Source: Myxococcota bacterium
GTDB lineage: Bacteria > Myxococcota > SpSt-1050
Length of the DNA stretch: 14,198 nt
Reading direction: 5' to 3'
Assembly (NCBI GenBank): GCA_049969675.1
Contig: JBMFOP010000077.1
Coordinates: 1 to 14,198, forward strand
Within the stretch, counting starts at the first letter, position 1. Each line of letters begins with the position of its first letter. Below, piece by piece: positions 7,230 to 14,198 of this stretch. The position numbers were made by a program, and so were the translations under genes. The notes beneath the pieces are model-generated. The model made no database searches, was not told the DNA's origin, and worked only from the letters and a program-made list of their open reading frames with translations.

Positions 7230-8471
7230 ATGTTAAAGAGGCTTAAGTTGAAGAAGTCAGAGAGGTTGTATGAAGAGGCAAAAAGGTATATCCCGGGCGG
7301 CGTAACCGGAATCAGAAGGCCTATCAATTTCATCCCCGGTGAATACCCGATATTTCTTAAATCAGGTAAAGGCGGACATATAATTGATGTGGATGGGAAT
7401 GAATATGTAGATTTGCTTTGCTCATATGGACCTATAATCATCGGACATAGAGAGAAGACGATTGATGATGCTGTAATAAGACAGATGAAGGAGGGGTTCT
7501 GTTTCAATCTACCCCAAATCTATCAAAATGAACTTTGTAAAATATTTGCTGAGCTAATACCCTGTGCCGAACAAACCATTCTGGTTAGAACGGGCTCTGA
7601 TGCCACCACAGGTGCGGTTAGAATAGCAAGGGGATATACGGGGAAGACCAAGATTATCAGAAGCGGATATCACGGCTGGCACGACTGGTGCGTGGAGGTA
7701 AAGGGTGGTATTTTGCCAAAGACTTATGAGGATACAATTGACATTCATTACAACGATACAGAGACACTTAAAAAATTATTTGAACAGTATCCAGATGATA
7801 TAGCCGCCGTGATAGTCACAGGAGTCGGGCACCCATTAAACGAACCGGTGGTTGAGCCGACTCAGGAATTTTTTCAGACCATCAGGGAGTTGACAGAGAG
7901 ACACGGCTCCGTAATGATTCTGGATGAGATAAGAACAGGTTTCAGAATATCTCTGGGGGGTGCTCAAAAGAAATATGGTGTCACCCCAGACCTTGCAACC
8001 TTCGGTAAAGCGATGGCAAACGGCTATTGCATATCTGCTATCTCAGGTAAACGCGAAGTAATGAATGTTGTAACAGAGGGGAAGGTATTTATCTCCTCTA
8101 CATTCTTTCACAACTCACTTGAGATGGTCGCAGCCATTGAGACAATAAAATTCTTAAAGAAGAATAAGGTCATTGAAAATATCTGGAAGAAGGGGTCAAA
8201 ACTCCTTGAGGAACTGAAGAGGCTCACCGAAAATTATTTAGACATAATCAATCTGTCTGGTATCCCACCAATGCCATTCTTTACATTCCCGCGGGATCCG
8301 GAGGGAAAATATAAGGAGCGAAGGGTAAAATTCTACACCGAATGTATCAGGGCTGGAGTCTTTATGCAGCCTTACCACCACAGTTATATCTGCTACAGAC
8401 ATACCGATAAAGACCTATCTCTGGTCTTAAATGCAGTAAGTGATGCACTGAAGGTTATTAGAGAGGTATAA
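7230..8471 (+). CDS. kat: Class-III PLP aminotransferase, most similar to 3-aminobutyryl-CoA aminotransferase (acyl-CoA beta-transaminase); HemL/GSAM-like fold
   Basis: Class-III motifs ILDEIRTGFR and PDLATFGKAMANG (PLP Lys). PGGVTGIRRP-x-NF-x-PGEYPIF, GYHGWHDWCVEVKGGI and VFMQPYHHSYICYRHTD match my recollection of Cloacimonas Kat and differ from HemL (PGGVNSPVR, GCYHGH). SD GGGAGG at 7218-7223. Confidence 0.8.
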   Translation: MLKRLKLKKSERLYEEAKRYIPGGVTGIRRPINFIPGEYPIFLKSGKGGHIIDVDGNEYVDLLCSYGPIIIGHREKTIDDAVIRQMKEGFCFNLPQIYQNELCKIFAELIPCAEQTILVRTGSDATTGAVRIARGYTGKTKIIRSGYHGWHDWCVEVKGGILPKTYEDTIDIHYNDTETLKKLFEQYPDDIAAVIVTGVGHPLNEPVVEPTQEFFQTIRELTERHGSVMILDEIRTGFRISLGGAQKKYGVTPDLATFGKAMANGYCISAISGKREVMNVVTEGKVFISSTFFHNSLEMVAAIETIKFLKKNKVIENIWKKGSKLLEELKRLTENYLDIINLSGIPPMPFFTFPRDPEGKYKERRVKFYTECIRAGVFMQPYHHSYICYRHTDKDLSLVLNAVSDALKVIREV

Positions 8472-8478
8472 GAGAGAG

Positions 8479-9339
8479 ATGGTCTCAAATTCAAGACTGA
8501 TTCTTTCAGGCTTAAGACACCTCTTTTATAAAAAGCTTAATAGAAACATAATTGGGCTTTCGCGAGAGGCTGAGCTGCCCACAATTTCATTAAAAGATGT
8601 TAGACTCTATGCAGAGGCAACAAATGATAACACAGAGGATTATTCAGAAGATAGTATAATTCCACCATTGTTTGTAAGTAGATTAATTCATAATGTCCTG
8701 ATGGAGACCATTTGTGACCCAAATCTAAGAATGAATATCTTAAAGATGGTCCACGGTGAACTTGAGATCAACTGGTTTAAGCCAGTATATATAGCGGATA
8801 GATTGAGATTGAGGATGCAACTCAAAGAGATAATTGATACATCTGCTGGAGAACTTCTCAAGATATCTTTTCTTATTACAAAGGATGGTGAGCAGGCTGC
8901 AGAGGCGATCGCCGGTCTTCTGATCAGAAATCCAAAGGGCGAAAAGGCAAAGAAGGAGGAGGAGAAGAGAGAACCAATATCAGTGATTGAGATAAAGACC
9001 CAACCCGATCAGGCTCTAAAATACGCAAAGGCATCTCTTGATAATAATCTGATTCACACAAGCACAATATTCGCCAGACTTGTAGGTCTCAAAAGACCAA
9101 TCCTACACGGAGTATGTGTATTTGCAATCACCTGTAATGAACTCTTAAAGACATTTGCCAGCAATGATAAGCAAAGGCTTGTATCTATGCGTGGAAGATT
9201 TGCATACCCTGTATATCCCGGAGAGACAATCCATTTAAATTGTTTCAGAGGAAGCGCGGATAATATTATAGATTTTGAAGTAATGAATAAAGACAGAAAG
9301 ACAAATATCAAATTTGGAAGATTTGAATTCAAAAAATAG
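8479..9339 (+). CDS. Double hot-dog MaoC-family dehydratase / (R)-specific enoyl-CoA hydratase-like protein
   Basis: 286 aa. N-terminal hot-dog (MVHGELEINWFKPV). C-terminal hydratase-2-like motif YAKASLDNNLIH...PILHG and GRFAYPVYPGETI. Starts 7 nt after the aminotransferase stop. Confidence 0.85.
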   Translation: MVSNSRLILSGLRHLFYKKLNRNIIGLSREAELPTISLKDVRLYAEATNDNTEDYSEDSIIPPLFVSRLIHNVLMETICDPNLRMNILKMVHGELEINWFKPVYIADRLRLRMQLKEIIDTSAGELLKISFLITKDGEQAAEAIAGLLIRNPKGEKAKKEEEKREPISVIEIKTQPDQALKYAKASLDNNLIHTSTIFARLVGLKRPILHGVCVFAITCNELLKTFASNDKQRLVSMRGRFAYPVYPGETIHLNCFRGSADNIIDFEVMNKDRKTNIKFGRFEFKK

Positions 9340-9348
9340 ATTATTCTG

Positions 9349-9528
9349 ATGAAAGTTGATTCTCCTGAAGAAGAGAGGCGGTTCTCTAAAAATCTGAAGA
9401 TAGATTTACTGATATTATCTGGTAGTCTTATCTTTCTGCTCAGAATTGAATTTATTCTCTGGATAGCAATTGTCCCATTGCGAGGATATAATTATAAGGA
9501 AAAAAGTGCACACAATTATAGTGATTAG
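9349..9528 (+). CDS. Possible 59-aa small protein with a hydrophobic core (unverified)
   Basis: ATG 9 nt after the MaoC stop; MKVDSPEEERRFSKNLKIDLLILSGSLIFLLRIEFILWIAIVPLRGYNYKEKSAHNYSD*. Fills most of the convergent gap. No clear SD. Confidence 0.25.
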   Translation: MKVDSPEEERRFSKNLKIDLLILSGSLIFLLRIEFILWIAIVPLRGYNYKEKSAHNYSD

Positions 9529-9542
9529 AAGAGAATTCTTTA

Positions 9543-9560
9543 TAATAAACCCCTTTATTA
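9543..9560. terminator. Weak AT-rich hairpin between convergent transcription units
   Basis: TAATAAA-CCCC-TTTATTA, 12 nt beyond the TetR stop. The stem is all A/T, so stability is low. Confidence 0.2.
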
Positions 9561-9572
9561 AATTTTGAATAT

Positions 9573-10172
9573 CTACCAATTAAATCCACCAGAGAGGATA
9601 TCAAGTGATTCTCTGGCAACTTTTACTAACTGAGGTTTGCACCCGCCCTCAAACCATTCTTCCATCACAATTCGGGCTGCGCCAAAGATTGCAGCAGCCA
9701 GTATCTTCGCCCTCTTCCTGTTCAGTCTTCCATCCCCAAGTCTCCTGTATATCTCATCAGCAATGGCATCTTCAAAATCTCTATCCTTTTCTATATCCTT
9801 TGCAATTAGATATGGAGATGAAACTACTATCTGATATTCTTCAACAAGTTCATCCTTGATTGAATCGTAGTATCTTGCAAAATTCACAAGTGCGCTCTTT
9901 ATATCGGAGAACACAGGTTTATCATCAGATTTTGCTGATAAGAGCATCTCCTTAAATATCGCAACCCTTGCCTTATGATTTCTGAAGACTATCGCCTCTT
10001 TGGTCTTAAAGTATCTGAAGAATGTACTTCTGGAGACATTTGTCTTTTCAACAATATCCTCAACAGAGACATTATCAAATCCCTTTGAGAGAAAGAGATT
10101 GGTGGCAGATTCAATTAGAATCCTTCTAATATTTGCCTTTTTACGTTCTCTTACAGAACCTACCTTATTCAT
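9573..10172 (-). CDS. TetR/AcrR-family transcriptional regulator (199 aa from ATG 10172)
   Basis: N-terminal HTH: RERKK...ILIESATNLFLSKGFDNVSVEDIVEKTNVSRSTFFRYFKTKEAIVF. The track's TTG start (10208) coincides with the -35/operator, so ATG 10172 is preferred. Confidence 0.93.
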   Translation of the reverse strand: MNKVGSVRERKKANIRRILIESATNLFLSKGFDNVSVEDIVEKTNVSRSTFFRYFKTKEAIVFRNHKARVAIFKEMLLSAKSDDKPVFSDIKSALVNFARYYDSIKDELVEEYQIVVSSPYLIAKDIEKDRDFEDAIADEIYRRLGDGRLNRKRAKILAAAIFGAARIVMEEWFEGGCKPQLVKVARESLDILSGGFNW

Positions 10173-10179
10173 ATCTGGA

Positions 10180-10208
10180 AGGATATTAAATTTGACACTT
10201 AGTGTCAA
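10180..10208 (-). promoter_or_regulatory. sigma70 promoter of the TetR gene (TTGACA-17-TATCCT) overlapped by a 17-bp palindromic operator
   Basis: Minus strand: -35 TTGACA 10208-10203, 17-nt spacer, -10 TATCCT 10185-10180, then 7 nt to the ATG. Perfect inverted repeat TTGACACT-N-AGTGTCAA at 10192-10208. Confidence 0.8.
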
Positions 10209-10217
10209 GCGATATTT

Positions 10218-11030
10218 TTACCCCAATGCTATGTCAAGTATCATCATTATCAGGAAGCCAATTATCGTCCCCATCGTAGCTACATCTGAATTCCCTTTCT
10301 GTTGTGATTCCGGGATTAAATCCTCTACTACCACAAATATCATCGCCCCCGCAGCAAATGAGAGTGCGTATGGAAGTATCGGCTGGACAAGAGTCACAGC
10401 AATCGCACCAAGGGCAGCCGCAATCGGCTCCACAATCCCTGAGAGCTGTCCCCAGAAGAAACTCTTCCATCTTGAGAATCCTTCACCCCTCAATGGGAGG
10501 GATATTGCAAGCCCTTCCGGGATATTCTGTATGCCGATACCTATTGCAAGGGATATCGCCCCCATAATAAGGGCGGGGTCATTGTGCGCAACGAGCGAAC
10601 CGAAAGCCACCCCAACGGCAAGACCCTCCGGGATATTGTGTAATGTTACTGCAAGCACCAGCAGTGTTGTCTTTTTGAGATTCGTCTTTATCCCCTCAGC
10701 CTCACTCTCCTTCAGTCCTATATGCAGGTGAGGTAAAATCATATCTATCACCCTTAAAAAGACCGCCCCTAATAAGAATCCTATAGCAGGTGGGAGCCAC
10801 TTAATGCCACCCGATTTTTCCGAAAGTTCAATTGAGGGGGATAGAAGCGACCAGAAGGATGCGGCTATCATTACCCCACTTGCAAAACCGAGCATAATGT
10901 CCAGAAGTCTGTTATTTACCCTGTTCAAGAATAAGACCCCCGCAGCTCCGAGGGCTGTCAGTAGATATGTAAAAATTCCAGCGACAAGCGCCGCGTAGAT
11001 GGGTGAGATTGATAAGATGGATTCAATCAT
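10218..11030 (-). CDS. ZIP-family (ZupT/GufA-like) divalent metal transporter
   Basis: 270 aa, multiple TM helices. Signatures LGFASGVMIAASFWSLL, VTLHNIPEGLAVGV, IGIQNIPEGLAISLPL, FAAGAMIFVVVEDLIPE. Confidence 0.95.
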   Translation of the reverse strand: MIESILSISPIYAALVAGIFTYLLTALGAAGVLFLNRVNNRLLDIMLGFASGVMIAASFWSLLSPSIELSEKSGGIKWLPPAIGFLLGAVFLRVIDMILPHLHIGLKESEAEGIKTNLKKTTLLVLAVTLHNIPEGLAVGVAFGSLVAHNDPALIMGAISLAIGIGIQNIPEGLAISLPLRGEGFSRWKSFFWGQLSGIVEPIAAALGAIAVTLVQPILPYALSFAAGAMIFVVVEDLIPESQQKGNSDVATMGTIIGFLIMMILDIALG

Positions 11031-11061
11031 CTCTTAACCATTGACTATGGTCTATTCACCA

Positions 11062-12882
11062 TCACTCCCACTCAATTGTCCCAGGTGGTTTGCTGGTGAT
11101 ATCTATAACGACACCAGAGACTTTATCAAATCTTAAGATTTGCCCGGCAATTCGCTCTATAAGTCTGGCCGGCATAAAAGCCGCCTTTGCAGTCATTGCA
11201 CGCTCGGAGAGGACCGGTCTTATTACAACCAACTCTTCACCCCGTCCATTCAGGGAGAGCGGGACCAGGACAACCGGACATTGCCAGACCTTATTATAAA
11301 AATCGGCACTTTTCATCTCAACAGTGACGATATCGTCAATCTCTCGTAACAGATTGAGTCTCTCTGCCGTTATGTAAGCCCTGATAGGCTTTGCATCTCT
11401 GATTTTATAGGGTGAGATGTTCACCACACATCTATTGATTCCTTTTACCCTGGCAAGCATATCGGAGGCGATCTCAAATATCTTCTCATTATATTCACCA
11501 TTAAAAAGAACTGGCCTCTCGTAAGACCTCAAATCTGCCTTGACACCGACTGATTTTACTGGAAGGACAATCGCATCGTAGTTATAACTGACCAAAAATT
11601 GATTAATATCCTTCTGTATCTCGTTTATATCAGATAGGTCGTCTGAACCACCATTGCACAATACCCTGACTCCGAGCCCCGGGCCTGGAAACGGATGTCT
11701 CTCTATCATATCTGGAGGGATTCCGAGTTTTTGTCCGAGTTCCCTCACCTCAACTTTATATAGTTCTGCAAGTGGTTCAACCACCTTATTCTCTTTAATC
11801 ATCTTCTGAATTATAGGGACACGGTTGTGGTGTGTCTTTATTGTATCAGCCCGCTTTGTTCCACCGGTCTCAATAGTGTCGGGGTAGATAGTCCCCTGAC
11901 CGAGCAGGAAATCGCCTATATCTAATCTCTCTGTCTCCTCTCTGAAGACCTCAATGAATGTATCTCCTATTACCCTGCGCTTGCGCTCTGGCTCATATAT
12001 ATCTTTTAATGCATCAATAAATCTTTTGGATGCATCTCTGAAATGCAGATTATCTGAGAATCCTAATTGGGTTAAGGTCTTTAGCACCTTCTTTGACTCA
12101 TCCTTTCTCATAAGTCCGTTATCAATATGTAGAAGTCTGAGCCTTTTACCCCCCAATATCTCTTTGAGTAGAACTGCTGTGACTGTAGAATCTACACCAC
12201 CAGAGACCAGAAGGAAGACAGATTTGTCATTGACCTGCGACCTTATCTTTTCAAACTGAATCCTGATATATTCATCCATTGTCCAGTTTGGCTCACATCT
12301 ACAAATGTTAAAGAGGAAGTTTGCAATCATCCTCTCACCATTTACTGTATCATCTACCTCGGGATGAAACTGAAATCCATATCTCTTATATCTGTCGGAG
12401 CCTATCGCTGCATATCTATGAATATCCTTCCCTTCCACAAGATATGAGATGCCGAACTCCTCAAAGTCCGGTCCAACTGCATCTACAGAGTCAAAATGAC
12501 TCATAAAGACAGATTCCACTTCTGATAGGCCTCTAAAGAGTGGGTGGTCTTTTTTCAGTATCTTAAATTTGGTCTCTCCCCATTCTCTTCCCCCATTTAT
12601 TACCCTTCCTCCGTAATGCTTGGCAATCTCCTGATGCCCGAAGCAGAATCCAATAATTGGGATATCAAGGTCAAATATCTTCTTGTTGTACTCCGAATCC
12701 TCGCCAGAAGAGGAGAGAGAAGGGCTGCCAGAGATAATAATCCCTTTATAATGGAGAAACTTTTCAATCGGGTCATCGGGTTGACGAATCTCCGAATAGA
12801 CATTGAGTCTCCTTACCTTTGTTGCGATCAGATGTGCATACTGTCCACCAAAGTCAATCACACCAATGCTGTCAAAACTCAT
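11062..12882 (-). CDS. guaA: GMP synthase (glutamine-hydrolysing), long 606-aa form
   Basis: IDFGGQYAHLI, GATase triad motifs (GFCFGHQ, FQFHPEV), PP-loop SGGVDS, QGTIYPDTIE, IKTHHN, HPFPGPGL, C-terminal KPPGTIEWE. Confidence 0.97.
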   Translation of the reverse strand: MSFDSIGVIDFGGQYAHLIATKVRRLNVYSEIRQPDDPIEKFLHYKGIIISGSPSLSSSGEDSEYNKKIFDLDIPIIGFCFGHQEIAKHYGGRVINGGREWGETKFKILKKDHPLFRGLSEVESVFMSHFDSVDAVGPDFEEFGISYLVEGKDIHRYAAIGSDRYKRYGFQFHPEVDDTVNGERMIANFLFNICRCEPNWTMDEYIRIQFEKIRSQVNDKSVFLLVSGGVDSTVTAVLLKEILGGKRLRLLHIDNGLMRKDESKKVLKTLTQLGFSDNLHFRDASKRFIDALKDIYEPERKRRVIGDTFIEVFREETERLDIGDFLLGQGTIYPDTIETGGTKRADTIKTHHNRVPIIQKMIKENKVVEPLAELYKVEVRELGQKLGIPPDMIERHPFPGPGLGVRVLCNGGSDDLSDINEIQKDINQFLVSYNYDAIVLPVKSVGVKADLRSYERPVLFNGEYNEKIFEIASDMLARVKGINRCVVNISPYKIRDAKPIRAYITAERLNLLREIDDIVTVEMKSADFYNKVWQCPVVLVPLSLNGRGEELVVIRPVLSERAMTAKAAFMPARLIERIAGQILRFDKVSGVVIDITSKPPGTIEWE

Positions 12883-12885
12883 ATA

Positions 12886-13659
12886 TCAATCCCTCTTTAC
12901 AAATCCACCAAGAATAGGGGAGATAAACATCCCGATTGCTGATAAAGCAGATAGAAAAAGTCCGTACTTCCTGTGGATATCCAGCTTCAACCCTATATTT
13001 TTGAGGATGGTCGTTCCCTCTTCAATGTCATAGGGGAAGATTAATCTATATGTACAGAGCAGAATCCCTAAAAATCCAAGTGAGATAAGGATAATCCCTC
13101 TATATTGTTCAAATCTCAAGATATAATTATTTCCGCTATAATCAAGCACGATATATACGAAGTAGGCTATTGCTATAAAGATGAGATAGAATCCACCTAC
13201 ATCCAGACCGGGGACAGAGCCCTCCTGCGGGACCGAGACCCAGGGGAAGAATGAAAAGATAAATGCAAGCAGTGCGGAGCTGAGCCCCAGTCTCTGCCCC
13301 AGCCCCATACTCTTAAATGCAGAGACCATCTCATCAAATGTCTCCCGAAGCTGTACCTCGGCTGTATCTTTCAGTTTTTCTTGATGCTGTTGTGACTTTG
13401 GAACGAATGGGGGCGGCTCAGCACTCTTTTGATTTGTCGTCTGCGGCTGCGACTTTACATTCTGAACTCCAGTTGACTTGCTTTTTATTGCTGATGGGGT
13501 TGAAGGCGGAGGGGCATTTCTTACAGGTGATTTCACCTGAGAAGGTTGTTTGGGCGAATCCTCTCTCAGTAGCGCCTGAGGATCCAGAATTGCATCACAA
13601 TTATCGCAAAAGATGGCGAGGTCATCTACAGGGGAGCCGCACTGTGGACATCTCTTCAA
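12886..13659 (-). CDS. Zinc-ribbon domain membrane protein (CxxC...CxxC, Pro/Gln/Ser-rich linker, ~4 TM helices)
   Basis: MKRCPQCGSPVDDLAIFCDNCD, then a low-complexity linker and four hydrophobic C-terminal segments. ATGA overlap with the upstream gene, stop 3 nt before the guaA start. Confidence 0.85.
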   Translation of the reverse strand: MKRCPQCGSPVDDLAIFCDNCDAILDPQALLREDSPKQPSQVKSPVRNAPPPSTPSAIKSKSTGVQNVKSQPQTTNQKSAEPPPFVPKSQQHQEKLKDTAEVQLRETFDEMVSAFKSMGLGQRLGLSSALLAFIFSFFPWVSVPQEGSVPGLDVGGFYLIFIAIAYFVYIVLDYSGNNYILRFEQYRGIILISLGFLGILLCTYRLIFPYDIEEGTTILKNIGLKLDIHRKYGLFLSALSAIGMFISPILGGFVKRD

Positions 13660-13862
13660 GACATACCTCCTTTTTTCATTATTGAAATATAGAATGAGAC
13701 TGACCTATCATAGGTTCTCTCAGCCTCCTTTGGGAAGAAACAGCCGGGGAGTTCATTATTTTTTCTATGGTATAATACACATTCACAACACCTCCCCTTT
13801 CTTGAACAGGGTTCATAAGTGCAGGTGCAATTTTTAAGATTATCAGTAATCAGGCATTCCAT
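13656..13862 (-). CDS. Small Cys-rich protein, DUF6485-like
   Basis: 68 aa, 8 Cys: NCTCTYEPCSRKGRCCECVLYHR..ELPGCFFP..AERTYDRS, which I recognise as the DUF6485 pattern. Tightly packed between its neighbours. Confidence 0.82.
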   Translation of the reverse strand: MECLITDNLKNCTCTYEPCSRKGRCCECVLYHRKNNELPGCFFPKEAERTYDRSVSFYISIMKKGGMS

Positions 13863-13865
13863 ATA

Positions 13866-14198
13866 TTACTCCTTTGGAGGTACTATAATCTTATATTTTG
13901 CCTTGGTCCCTCTGAGATAAAAGGTTGCTGCCATTCCATAACTGGTCTTCCCATCCAGCATCTTCCAGCCGAGAGATTGAGCTGGGCCGGGATTCAAAAA
14001 GAGTGTATCAGAATAGACCCCCTGTTTGATTACTTTTCCATCAATGGTATTTGCCTTTCCCCCAGCCTCAAGGATGTGTCCCATTATCCCAAATTTTATA
14101 TTCTTTGCCTCCTTTAAGGCATCCGTCAGGTGCTCATCTCCTACATTTCCAGCCTCCCATGCATAATCAATCGCATCTTTCCCCTCCAGCTTCATAGG
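13866..14198 (-). CDS. C-terminal part of a probable calcineurin-like (Icc-type) metallophosphoesterase (5'-truncated)
   Basis: The frame is open to the window edge (CCT precedes the track's ATG). GNVGD...GIMGHILEAGG...TLFLNPGP resembles the C-terminal G-H-x-H-E and NPG motifs of metallophosphoesterases, with the second His replaced by Leu. Confidence 0.55.
   Translation of the reverse strand, partial: PMKLEGKDAIDYAWEAGNVGDEHLTDALKEAKNIKFGIMGHILEAGGKANTIDGKVIKQGVYSDTLFLNPGPAQSLGWKMLDGKTSYGMAATFYLRGTKAKYKIIVPPKE

Noticed and set aside
7230..8471. Annotation as hemL (glutamate-1-semialdehyde aminomutase)
   Set aside because: Lacks HemL-specific motifs (PGGVNSPVR, GCYHGH, GTLSGNP) and no tetrapyrrole genes are nearby.
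7178..9332. Minus-strand ORFs 7178-7507, 7554-7748, 9054-9332
   Set aside because: Antisense to well-supported aminotransferase and MaoC genes; no recognisable motifs.
9372..9387. AGAGA-GGCGGT-TCTCT hairpin as a terminator after maoC
   Set aside because: Only a 5-bp stem with no U-tract on the plus strand.
10173..10208. TTG start at 10208 giving a 211-aa TetR
   Set aside because: That TTG is the start of the -35 box/operator; ATG 10172 gives a typical TetR N-terminus.
11037..11051. ACCAT-N5-ATGGT inverted repeat upstream of the ZIP gene as a metal-regulator site
   Set aside because: 5-bp arms are expected by chance and it does not resemble Zur/Fur boxes.
9605..13837. Plus-strand ORFs such as 10000-10731 (243 aa), 12544-12942 and 13317-13685, and nested minus ORFs 10234-10470 (Cys-rich) and 12600-12803
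   Set aside because: They overlap TetR, ZIP, guaA and neighbours. The Cys-rich 10234-10470 peptide is an alternate-frame by-product of the ZIP coding sequence, not a credible RiPP precursor.
1..14198. CRISPR arrays, tRNA/rRNA, IS elements, recoded stop codons
   Set aside because: No regularly spaced DNA repeats, RNA-gene signatures or transposase/integrase motifs were seen; all genes read normally in the standard code.

Overview
AT-rich (~40% GC by eye) bacterial chromosomal region; the protein styles suggest a deltaproteobacterial/Myxococcota-like organism (inference only). The left half (6724->1, minus strand) is a single reading frame missing from the ORF track because it runs off the window without a stop. 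It encodes a >2,240-aa predicted lipoprotein with a signal peptide, about 16 divergent Ig-like repeats mostly carrying an Asp-rich 'DD-x-D...G-[LFV]-Q' loop, a 6-Cys insert, an FN3 domain and FG-GAP (integrin-alpha-like) repeats. A plus-strand operon diverges from it across a symmetric 50-bp promoter-like element: a stand-alone PqqD/RRE protein, a class-III PLP aminotransferase resembling 3-aminobutyryl-CoA aminotransferase Kat (not HemL), and a double hot-dog MaoC-type hydratase. The right part is a minus-strand run: partial metallophosphoesterase-like gene, small Cys-rich DUF6485-like protein, zinc-ribbon membrane protein, long-form guaA, ZIP metal transporter, and a TetR regulator with its own probably leaderless promoter overlapped by a 17-bp perfect palindrome. 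No RNA genes, CRISPR arrays or mobile elements were seen.
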